Assembly (NCBI GenBank): GCA_002269645.1
Contig: NIVC01001624.1
Coordinates: 22,141-86,140, forward strand
DNA: 64,000 nucleotides
Reading direction: 5' to 3'
From: Macrostomum lignano
Taxonomy: Eukaryota
Shown here: one piece after another, positions 13,001 through 24,015 of the stretch
Position numbering within the stretch: position 1 is the stretch's first letter
Layout of the letters: every line of letters starts with the position of its first letter
The notes under the pieces: generated by a model
Told to the model about the DNA's origin: nothing
What the model saw: only the letters and a program-made list of their open reading frames with translations
Databases searched by the model: none
Position numbers and translations under genes: made by a program

Positions 13001-14862
13001 CTGCTGGCGCCTCAGCCTCGCCGCCGATCGAAGCAGCAGCCGCGGAGGTGGCGGCGGCCTCGCGCAGCAACTCAATGGGGCCGCAGTGCCGGCGCGGATC
13101 GTCGCTCAGCGTCAGCGACGGAATGTCGGACGAATGGTCGCTGCCGGCGTCCCAGTCGGCTGCGGCAGCAGTGTCAGCGGAAGAGGAGACGACGGGCGCC
13201 TGCGGCTGCGGCGTTGGCGCCGGCTGCGTTGGTCGCCGCTGCCGCTTGATGTCGTCCTCGGGGTGCGGGCTGGCGTCGCGGCCCTCCAGCCAGTCCTCGT
13301 ATCTGCGGGGACAACAGGCGAGGAATTGCGCCATCATTGATTTGATGCTGGTGCGCTACTGGCTACTGAAAAGTAGGCTGAAAAGGCATTAATAGTAACC
13401 AGATTCCAGGCCTCAAGGAGTCTCAAAAGTATGTGCCCAGCCTTGCTCTTACCAACGAATGAATTTTTTTTATTAGAGGCAGGGGGTTGTGTGCACCCTG
13501 GCGGACTTTAAGCGACATAGGCACACAACCGGCGAGAGGCATTACTGCCCATTCCGCCGACTCCCCTGAGCAGGCACACAAGCGCACGGATACGTACGCA
13601 GGCACACACTCACACAGGAGTGTACAGCGGCCCTAACTTTATATTATCGTTAGGCATGTACAACTTCATTGCGCCTTGGGCGGTTGGCTCTCAAGGCCGT
13701 TAATTGCACGAGCAGAGCCAAGCCGAGATTCCAATTCAGCCCCAAATTAATGACTGCACTTGGAATCGAGCCTGGGTCGCTGGCACACCAGAGCCGGCAC
13801 TAGACTGCTGGGCTACGGCCCCTTTACCAACGAATGAAGGTATATAGAAAGGATTGCCCCCCCGTACAAGGCCTCTCAAACTCACTTGTCCGGCTCGAAC
13901 TTGCGCACAAACAGGCCCATGTCGATCTTGACGCTGTCCTTCTGGCAGCAGCAGAGAGTGGCCTTCTTGCCGTAGGAAATCCAGCGCCTGCTAGCAAAGT
14001 TGGTGCTCTCGGCGCAGTTGTAGCCAACGTTGAAGCCGCTGTGGTAGCCGTACGGAAAGGTGATGATGATCTCGCCCGAGTGCTGCGTGATCTTGTCAAA
14101 GGGCACGCCGTACTTGTGCAGCACCTGCGGACTGATCAGAGTGGTTTTGTGCCGCAGGAACGCCGGGCAGCTCTTGTAGGAGGCGCCGAAGAAGCTCTGG
14201 GCGAGGCGCTCCAGCTTGCGGCCGTGGGCGGGCGGCACGGCGTACCAGTGCTTGGGGGCGCCGAAGTGGATGTAGTTAATGGAGTACAGGTCCATGTCCT
14301 CCGTGTGCCAGGGGAACGAGGTCTTCCACATGCCGAAGTACAGGTAGGGCGTGTTCACGCCCTCGATCTTGACTCCGGAGTCCAGCCCGATCTCGTCGAG
14401 GATGCTGCCCAGGTTGGCGATGTTCCAGCAGGTCTGGTCGGGGTCGGTGACGGAGCCGCTGACGTCGGCGCCGTAGATGCCGGGGTTGATGGTGAGGTTG
14501 GCCCAGTACTTCTTCTCCAGGTGCTCCATGTCTGTGTGGGCAGGGGTCTGGTACTTGCCGCTGGTGGCTAGCTGCCGAAAGCTTGCCACTGTCAGCGGCT
14601 TTTGCAGCTCGTTCCACTGGCTGAACACGCCGCCCGTGCCGCAGACCTTCTGCCTGATGGGGCCGGGGATGACCAGCTGGTCCAGGTCCGCGTAGCCTCC
14701 GCGGCGGGGCACCCACTCGGCCGGCGGCACGATCTTGCACACCCCGGCCAGGTGCGCGTCGGCCGACTCGATCTTGGCGATGTAGGCGTTGAAGTCGCGG
14801 AACTCCTCCATGGTGGGGCGGAATGTCTGGATCCTGGTGCCGGTTGAGCCTGGGCTGGCCAT
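7040..14862 (-). CDS. KDM4: Lysine-specific demethylase 4 (JMJD2 family): JmjN, JmjC, PHD-Zn knuckle-PHD, double Tudor, long low-complexity C-terminus. Exons 14862-13886, 13302-12658, 12037-11711, 9637-9223, 8812-7040 (1378 aa)
   Basis: JmjN ([14 protein letters not shown]...GVCKIVPP); JmjC with intact Fe ligands ([14 protein letters not shown]...GYHSGFN); PHD (LQCAR|[25 protein letters not shown]); Tudor ([18 protein letters not shown]...[14 protein letters not shown]). All four introns are GT-AG with matching phases 2,2,2,0, and the total of 4137 nt is divisible by 3. Confidence 0.96.
9670..11640. repeat. 20-bp minisatellite in KDM4 intron 3 (GACTCTCCCTGCTGTCTCCT-type), with variant blocks
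   Basis: About 98 units. The variant changes along the array (gatgtatcct -> gccgcctcct -> gtcaccacct), with higher-order repeats. Confidence 0.97.
12170..12590. repeat. 10/20-bp minisatellite in KDM4 intron 2 (CAGGGGACAGCAGGGGCAGT), the reverse complement of the intron 3 array
   Basis: GCAGGGAGAGTCAGGGGACAGCA at ~12218 matches the reverse complement of TGCTGTCCCCTGACTCTCCCT-type units near 11500-11600. Confidence 0.92.
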
Positions 14863-14989
14863 GGCTGCGGGGGCTGCTGGTGCAGTGCCGGGGTTGCGAA
14901 GCCTTAACTTTGATTTATACTCCTAATATTCAGCAAATTATGCTGTAAGAAGCAATTGACAATTTACAATTGACAAAGAAATTGGGCTG

Positions 14990-15365
14990 ACGGGTGTGTG
15001 GGGTGCAGGATGGGGTAGTTGGTGTCTGGAGTGTGGGGTGCAAGATGGGGTAGTTGGCATGTGGGGTGCAAGATGGGGTAGTTAGTGTGTGGGGTGCAGG
15101 ATGGGGTAGTTGGCATGTGGGGTGCAAGATGGGGTAGTTAGTGTGTGGGGTGCAGGATGGGGTAGTTGGCATGTGGGGTGCAAGATGGGGTAGTTGGCAT
15201 GTGGGGTGCAGGATAAGGTAGTTGGCATGTGGGGTGCAGGATAAGGTAGTTGGCATGTGGGGTGCAGGATAAGGTAGTTGGCATGTGGGGTGCAGGATAA
15301 GGTAGTTGGCATGTGGGATGCAGGATGGGGTAATTGGCATGTGGGGTGCAGGATAGGATAGTTGT
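14990..15365. repeat. 28-bp minisatellite (GTGGGGTGCAGGATAAGGTAGTTGGCAT)n upstream of KDM4
   Basis: About 13 copies read directly. Confidence 0.93.
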
Positions 15366-17580
15366 GTATGAGGTTATAGGATGGGTAGTTGGCATATGCA
15401 GTTTCACTTAATTGATTGATTCTAATTGATATATAGCTAGGCATAGATTTAACCAAGACAATATTGGCTGACTGACTAAGTTTTACATTTTAAAATGATA
15501 ATTCTCTATCATAACTAATTGTCTTAGTTGTGCCTTACACTAGTTATTTTTCTTAATAAAAGATATTAGTAAAATATTAACTTAATAATTTTCGTTTCAG
15601 TATATACAGATAATAAAAACATTTTTATATATTTTCTCTATAAGCATAATATAATAAAAAACTTCTAACTTATATTTGTTAGTTGAGAGCTATTGTATAA
15701 TATAATCTAGATCATAGAAAAACTACAATGCACATGATTTTTTATAATCTGGATCTTGATTAGAGAATAGACTATACATACAAAACATATTAGACATTTA
15801 AATCTTTAATAAACAAACAAAATAAGAATTTTATAGCAATTTTCTAGGTTGCTTTGCATCATCATTTGTGTGCATTTTTTATATTTGTTGTTATTTCTAA
15901 TAATAAACACTATAATATTTTATTTTAGCAACTTCTATATTATGTCTAGTTAGAGTTTTATACTTTTATGATACATCTTCTATTAGTTATCTTATATAAG
16001 TTATCTTGTTTAAAATATATATGTAAACTTAGAAACTAGACTTTAAAAACTAAAAACCCAAGACTTAAAGACTTTTTGCATTTTATACAATATATTTACC
16101 CATTACCACTTTTGTTAGACTTTCACCATGTCTATTTCATTCACTTATATTTATCTCAGTTTTCATATTAAAGCTATCAATATTTGATCACTAACAATGC
16201 TACTTATATGGCAAAGCATGCTGCTTTGCTAAAATTACCATTAGTATCTTGTATGTAAGATATCACCTCAAAGTCAATGACATTGTTGTTCTGGAAAAAA
16301 GATTGAAAAGTTCATTTTTAAGTGTAAATTTCAAGCTTTAAAGTTTTTAAGCAAATTATCAGCCAATAAAGGGTCATTACAGGGCCAATAAGGGTCCTTT
16401 ATTGGCTGATAAATTGGTTGATTACTCATTTTTCTTGTTTATACTATTTAAAGCAGAAAATTGATATGCATAAACACTTGTTAAAATGCCTTATTACAAG
16501 CCTAGAAACTGGAAAGCTTGAAATAGTTGCAAAACAAAAAGGTCATTTGTACCTATCTTTGGAAGATGTAGTGCATGTCAGAATTTTCTAGCATGCATTG
16601 AAAATGTCAACATGTATATCATGCATTTTAAAATATCATCAAGCAACTGAAAGAAAGTATAGTTATGAGCATACACAATTGGCATGCAATGTGCATTATG
16701 GCATATCAGTGTAGGGCATATGATAGATAGATGTTCAAAGTTATTTGCCACAGAAAGTTTTTTTACAATTCAAGGCTAAATTAGAAGAGTGGTTTTTCTA
16801 AAGGTATTAACTAGGATAAATATAAATAATTGAAAAGATATTGACAGTTTGTTAGTAGGACCATGTACATGTAGGTTGTATCATTAGTTTAGTTTTAACC
16901 AAAACTTAGATTATAAAATGAAAACCAAAAAAGGTCCTTTATTGTTGCCATTGGCGTAGCCAGAAATTTAATTCAGGGAAGCCCATTCAATACCCAAAAG
17001 AGAGAGTATAGGAGGGGGATAAATTTGGAGGGGGCCAAAGGGGCCTATTGTTGCAACTGCAATTGGCATTGGTGTGCATTTACTTGGGGTTAGCAAGGAA
17101 ATGAAATAAAATTCAAAGCATTCTGGTATGTATTTAGCATGATCTACACTATGGCATTTATAGTTGCAATATAAAAAATGTTATTTATTCTTGCAATACT
17201 GGCCTAGATTTGAGAATACTCATTTTTAGCATGTATTTTAACTATTCAATTTTTGTTTGGGTACCCAGTATAATCTAGGCTCTGGGTTGACAATAAGTTT
17301 AGGCCCCTAGCCCAAATTCTAGAACTGACATATTATTAGAAATTCCAGCTTATCCAGACATCCAGGTTTAACAATTTTAATAATAAAAGATTATAGAAAA
17401 ATGTTCAAAAATAGATATGCAAAGAAAACTAGAAAATTCCCAACTTTATAATTGTATCTTTTAAAATAAAATGCCATCTAGCTCAAATAAGAAAGCAATT
17501 TTCAAAAAATATTTGATATACCACATCTTTTGAGGCTAGGCCTACCTATACTCTATAGAATTATTCATTATATTATTTTT

Positions 17581-18137
17581 GCTTTAATTTAATTTCTTTC
17601 TATTTTAGAGTCCAAAATATGAAACAAGTGAACAAATTAATAGTTTAATATGTACTGATAACAAATTTGTTTGTTATAGTCAATCACCACTCTAAACCTA
17701 GCTATACTTCCACAGGTGGCACATTCCAACTCGAGGCTACTAGTTGTCTAGCTATCTAGAGTAGAAGTCTAAAAATTAGAAAAGTAAGCAATGGCTTGAC
17801 TTGAATCCCAGTATTGATAGCTTGGCAACTAATTTTTTAAATCTCAAATGCATTGCCCTTAAAAGGTCCCTTTGTATTGTCTTAGTCTTTTGACCATAGA
17901 CATATTTTAATACTTTGTGTGTATAAACCAATAATTCAAATATTGTAGAGATTTATCCTAAAAAATTTACCTAGTTACACTATATTATCCTATGTTAAAG
18001 TAGTAGGCTTACCCTTGTATTGTAATATAGCAATTGACTATAACAAACAAATTTGCCACTAGTACATGTTAAACTATTAATTTGTTTACTTGCTTTATAC
18101 TTTTAGATTCTAAAAATCAAAAAGAATTGAATTCAAG
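17581..18137. mobile_element. Degraded foldback/MITE-like element with ~105-bp inverted arms (17581-17686 and ~18031-18137)
   Basis: GTGAACAAATTAATAGTTTAATATGTACTGATAACAAATTTGTTTGTTATAGTCAATCA versus the reverse complement of 18031-18089. No TSD recognised. Confidence 0.7.
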
Positions 18138-19214
18138 CAAAAAAAAATTAACAAACAGTTCTATAAGATAGCTCCATAGCTTGGATTGTGTAGGCCTATT
18201 AGTGTATGCTGGGTTTAATATTGGAAAAAATGAGGAGACCTTGTTTGTATGCAAGGTTTGTGCACCAATACAAAAAAACTTGTCATTTGACACAATCATG
18301 CTTGGGTGCAACCAAGGGATTCACCCAGCCATTTCTATTGGCAACATACACATGTAAGTTGCTATTGGATGGAAGACTATTAGCCAATAGCAACTTACAT
18401 ATGTGTGTTGCCAATAGAAATGGCCAAGTGATTCCCAAGGTTGCGCATGTATGGACACAATGTATCTGCTATGCCATGTACACCGGGATATAACCTGATG
18501 TACACTACACTGAAAAATGGTAAGACCTTTGTTGTATACAGGAAATCCTGGCGTAGGCCTATATGTCTCCTTTCAAACTATGGGATAGACCCTTTTGATA
18601 ATTTGTCATTTGGCACAATAATGGGTCCTAGTCATTTCGTCAACTGGCGTTTCATCAACTGGCCATTTTGTCAACTCAGTTTTATCACTGGTTGTTTCGT
18701 CAACTAGCCAATGAAGCGATCTCAAACCTTGGTCACTTCGTCAACTGGCCAACAGGAAGTGTTCCAACATTGGTCACTTCGTCAACTGCCAATAAACTAC
18801 CCCCCCAGCCGCAAAAAAAGTAAAACTGAACCCTGAAATGACTAAGTCGACAGGCTAATTAATGTTCATACCCTCTGCAACATCTGCCGGCTTTTGATCG
18901 ATGCGTCTCTGTTATACGCTTGTACATGTACTAACAAAATAAAATGTGCTCATGTGTTTGAAACGTGTGCAGCACGACGGGGTTGACATGCCGCGTGTGC
19001 ACATTTGTATATTTTTAATTTTGAATGCAGAAGTTAATTAAGAAGTAGTACATGTAGTTGAGGAGAACCCGGACCAAAGATAATGCTTGAAGTGGCCGGG
19101 TCCTCTATTCGCAAAACATACATATAGAAAGCATTCCAAATCAAGCCATTACATACATGAATGTGGTCATGTATGACTGCGCAGCCGGTCGCTTGGACGG
19201 AACAGGTCGGCGCG

Positions 19215-19440
19215 GTGATACAAAAGCCGTGTTGGTCACTCGCGTAGGCGATCTTGAAGGCGGCGCGCAGCAGGCCAGCATGCGCCGCGTCAACTTGTTG
19301 CTCGAGCGACTTCATCAGCGTCCAGGTCTTGACAGTATACAGCAGGACGGTCTCGATCACCGCCTCGCCTGGAACAACGCTGCCCTCTAGCAGTCAGCTG
19401 TACATTAAGCTGGCCTTGGACTGCAGGACTCCCCAGACTA
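19215..19440 (-). mobile_element. RTE-clade LINE fragment (post-RT region)
   Basis: Minus-strand translation IETVLLYTVKTWTLMKSLEQQVDAAHAGLLRAAFKI resembles the RTE post-RT motif LLYG.ETW.L.K.. Confidence 0.7.
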
Positions 19441-19760
19441 CCATGTAAATGTACTGTAGCTCAAGCCAGTAGTGTCGGAACATTTCAGAGTTGGGGGGGG
19501 CTAATGATGGGAGGGCACATTGCACATAATTTCTTCTAATCTAAGGGCACCCAAACTGCAGCTACATGAGAAGGAATGCACGAATCAAGAGCTAGCACGC
19601 CGCTGTGGTACTGCACCTAATATCGCTGATCAGTTTGCGCGTCTGCCTGTGCCTTTGCGTCTGTCTGCTCTTGTCTGCTTGTGCCTTCTTACAGTGCATT
19701 GTACATTTTAGTGTTATACGGCATGATTGATCGATGAGCGCGCGTGAATCATGCGTAATT

Positions 19761-20788
19761 CAAGGACTTCTAGACTAACAGGACGTAAAACTCAAAGATC
19801 GTGCAATTTTTTGGAGGCCACGATTTCCTGGAAAAAATACACTGCAAAGATAGGAAAAAATCTGTTTTTTGTCACAAAATCTGTGATTGTATTTGATCTG
19901 GGGCAGTGAAGACTACCATTCTTTTAATTTACCATGCACAACATGTTACTCTATTATATTTTCATATAGCTGTGTAGTGAAGTTTTCATTTTCATATTGT
20001 TTTCACTTTATTTCATAAGCCCAAAGTTGCAAACTCACAAGTGGCATTAGCCAAATATCAAATTCAAGAAAAGAAAAGCTATTCAAATTTGTAATATAAT
20101 AATATTTTTAGCCTTTAAAATAAAAATTATAAAAGGACTAATCAATGTTTTTTCTTATAGATACCTAGTAAAAATGGTTAGGGCCTATTTTTGTGATTAA
20201 GTCTATTCTTCTTAAATCTTAGTCTTAAATATAGGCTTGGCTTAAAAACTGATAATACAGCTTTCTCAAGCCTAGGTAACCAACCATATGAAACTATGTA
20301 TTGATAATCTATATATAATAAAAAAATCATTGTCTAAATTTAATTACTTATTAGGCTAGATAGTGTAGTGATAGGTCTAGTTCTAGTAGGCCTAGGAATT
20401 AGTATAGTTACTAAACCTACAATAATAGCTTAAGACTAAGAGTACCTACTTGCAATGTTTTTATACTTTATTTTAAAAAGAACAACACAAAAAGTTTGGC
20501 TAATGCCACTTGTGAGTTTGCAACTTTGGGCTTATGAAATAAAGTGAAAACAATATGAAAATTAAAACTTCACTACACAGCTATATGAAAATATAATAGA
20601 GTAACATGTTGTGCATGTTAAATTAAAAGAATGGTAGTCTTCACTGCCCCAGATCAAATACAATCACAGATTTTGTGACGAAAAACAGATTTTTCCTATC
20701 TTCGCAGTGTATTTTTTCCAGGAAATCGTGGCCTCCAAAAAATTGCAAGATCTTTGAGTTTTACATCCTGTTAGTCTAGAAGTCCTTG
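19761..20788. mobile_element. hAT-like MITE, 1028 bp, with ~295-bp inverted arms
   Basis: Arms 19761-20055 and 20495-20788 start CAAGGACTTCTAGACT. 8-bp TSD GCGTAATT / GCATAATT differs by one CpG transition. Confidence 0.88.
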
Positions 20789-22749
20789 GCATAATTATAT
20801 ACTCCGATCAAGAGCATTACCGGATATCAAGATTCGCTGTGGGGGCTTCGGTTGACTGTGCACAGCGGGGTGGAGGGGTGGGAATTAGGCGCACGCAGTC
20901 CACCAATTTTCACGACTCCATATATAGGGGACTTTATAGCAGTCCTCGACGCGTTTTGATAGAAGAACCCATGTTATGTAGTCGCATGTATGGTCGCATA
21001 ACACACAAATACTCAATTTTCATTAATGCCCGGATGCATATGGGTATGAGTGCGCATGGGGTGACGCATTTGCATAGAATATTTGCATCGAAACATTTAA
21101 CCTAATGGACATACAGTCTGGTATTGCAGAATTTGTTCATTTTTAAAAATAAGGCAATTAATAAAACAAGTCATCGATATAGCAATAATTGTAAGCTATA
21201 CAAGATATGCAGCTGTATCAGCTACATACGTATATCATTCATATAATGAAAATTTTAGTCACTTTGTCAAAAAGCAAATTGGAAGGACTTAGGCATTGGT
21301 CACTTCGTCAACTACAAATAAAGTCGCCCCAACACTTTGGTCACTTTGTCAACCGAGTTGACGAAACGCCAGTTGACGAAATGACCATCACCCACAATAA
21401 TAGCCTAGTCAGTATATAACAATAAATATAATACATATGAATATGATATAATCTCTAGGCCCTACCTATAAAAATATAAAAACCTATAAAAGATCTCTAA
21501 GTAAAAAAAACTATGGTATGGAGTAGGCCTAGGCTATAAAATCATTAAAATCACATTTGCTAAAAATTAAAACTTGATATAAAGCAAATAGCATAAAGAC
21601 AAAGTGCATTGATTTTACAGGCTGTAGAGATCTTGGCTGTAGAGGTGTTTTTAATTAATGAATAAATTAAATGAATAGATGGTCGATTTCCAAATTAAAT
21701 AAGGACAGGGTTTTAAAAAATGCTACAGTAACATATGCCTGAAACATATGCCTGAAACGCCTGAAACTCATAGGAGGCCTAAGAAAATAAAGAGGTGTAT
21801 GTACATCAACTTGCTGCCTACTACTACAACAATTTTTTTCGCCAATTTTAATAAAATTAAATTTGTGACATTATACTTCGACAAGTATAACGAGCGCCTC
21901 AGACAACCTACGTTTTATGATAGGCCTACACCAAAACTAAGCCAAAAGCAGCAAAATACGCTTTTAATTTTCGGCAGGTCATAATGTATATATTTTGCAG
22001 TTATATTTTGTATAACTTTTTTTGAGTTGGCCTTTGTTTTTGAACATAAAGAAAATAGACGTGTTGAGCTCTTGACTGAGAATACTATAAAGTCCAAAAA
22101 GAAAATTGTTCTTAAGTTGGATCATGATTCATGAAAAATGAAAGTTAATTAGTCATCTATTCACTGCTGCTATATACTGTTAGTCTTTTCAAATCCTGCT
22201 GATTCAAAATCGCATTGACTCCTTTGACATTGTCACAATCACAATCAAGAAGACAAGAATCAATGTATGAAATGAACAATAAAAGTTAAAAATAAGCAGA
22301 CTTATTTCATAGACACAGAACTCTGTGGTCATAGATAGGGTTATTATGTGCTTTATATTTTTTTTGGTTTTTGTTTACTAGGCCTACTTAATGTTAATAT
22401 TTTCTTATCAATTGACTCCCTCAAAATTTAAAGTAACACTAACACTGAACTTAAATATATCATGCACTTACTATAGTAACAGACAATGTTAGGCCTAGGC
22501 CTTAGGATTAGGAATGGGAAGTGTGGTTCACATTGCTAGAAATAAAATTTAAAGATAGGCCTATAAGTATATTATCTGGCTATCTAGGCTATTTTTGCTA
22601 AAAAATGTGCATGATAACACATTGAAGTGTGCAATTAAATGATAGGCCCTTACTCACGACTCACTTATCCAATGGATTGGTTTAGACTTATCAGTTATTT
22701 CTAGATAAGACTAGGTCATAGATAACTTGTAGAAAAAGGAGCATCAAAG

Positions 22750-24015
22750 TATTGGGTTAGGCCTATCATAAAAGTTTTGAGCATTTTCTTTAAACTTCTA
22801 GAACTTTCTCTAAAGAAATTTCTAGAATGTTCTATGGGGGTATATAAGAGTAACCAGTGTGCACTACCGTATCCATATAGATAACTGATAAGCTCAACCT
22901 GTAACTACAATGGCTATATAACAACACAATCAACTACCTTATTTGAGCATCTTTACTTTTCTGCTTCAAGCTGGGCGACTCAGCAGTTGAGGTGCATTGC
23001 AAGTTATGTCAGGCATATGACAAGGACTATCTAAGCAAGCAACGCTGCCATGCCTGGTTTGTGCATTTCAAAAAGGATGATGAATCCCTCAAAGACAATG
23101 AGCACTCTGGTCACCCACCTGAGCTTGATATCTAGCAGCTTGCCTTGCTTGTCGAAGCTTAGCCACATCTCACAATATGTGAAATGGCAGAGTACTTTAA
23201 GGTCTTTGCCATGACCATTGACCGCACCCTTCATCAACTTGGCAAGGTGCATAAGCTTGGTCAATGGGTTTTGCACAAACTTTCATATAAGAACAAGGAT
23301 CAATGCATCATCACATGCACCCAACTCCTATCCTATTGTTGCAACCTAGGATGGCTTAATACCCTGGTGACTGGAGATGAGATTTGGGTAGCTTATTTTA
23401 ACATCACACGCAAGCATCAGTGGCTTGGCATGGGGGATCAGCCACAACCAATGCCCAAACCTGATCTATACCAAAAGAAGGTCATACTGTGTGTCTGGTA
23501 GAATTCCATTGGAATTGTCCACTGGGAGCTTCTGCCTTGTAACACCAACATCACTGCCAATGTCTATTGTGAGCAGCTAGATAAACTGCACTAGGCAATT
23601 GTCAAGCAGCAGGGCATTGGCACAAAAATTCAATTTCTTTGCAACAATGCCTGACCTTACATGGCAAAGAAGACACCACAGAAGTTGCTTAAGCTGGGCT
23701 GAAAAGTCATGCCCCACCCTCTATACTCGCCTAATCTTGTATTATCAGACTACCACCTGTTCCGCTCAATACCAAACCACATAAATGGCATGACATTAAG
23801 AGATGAAGAGGAGGTGAAAGCCTGGCTTGAGCAATACTTCAAGTCATTGCCACCTAAGTTCTTTAAGAAGAGCATCCATGATCTTATCGCCAGATGGCAA
23901 TAGGTCATTGATCAGGATGGTGATTATATCCTAGAATAGAAACTGTTATGAGACTAGAAAAATAAATTCAAAGTTTGAGTACAAAAACGCTCAGAACTTT
24001 TGTTACAACCCAATA
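22750..24015 (+). mobile_element. Full-length (~1.26 kb) mariner (DD34D) element, inactivated by multiple nonsense codons
   Basis: TA-flanked TIRs (TATTGGGTT...AAAAGTTTTGAGCATTTT / AAAACGCTCAGAACTTTTGTTACAACCCAATA). One continuous frame from ~22941 to 23940 carries WVLHKL, VTGDE, KKVILCVW*, NNA*PY and HPLYSPNLVLSDYHLF. There are 34 residues between the second and third catalytic positions (23643 and 23748). Confidence 0.93.

Larger units (their letters stand above)
18623..21393. mobile_element. 2.8-kb non-autonomous MULE-like DNA element with nested insertions
   Basis: Termini GGGTCCTAGTCATTTCGTCAACTGGCGTTTC and GAAACGCCAGTTGACGAAATGACCATCACCC are inverted. Flanks are (C)ACAATAAT direct repeats (8-9 bp TSD). 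Subterminal TTCGTCAACT repeats are present. Confidence 0.75.
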
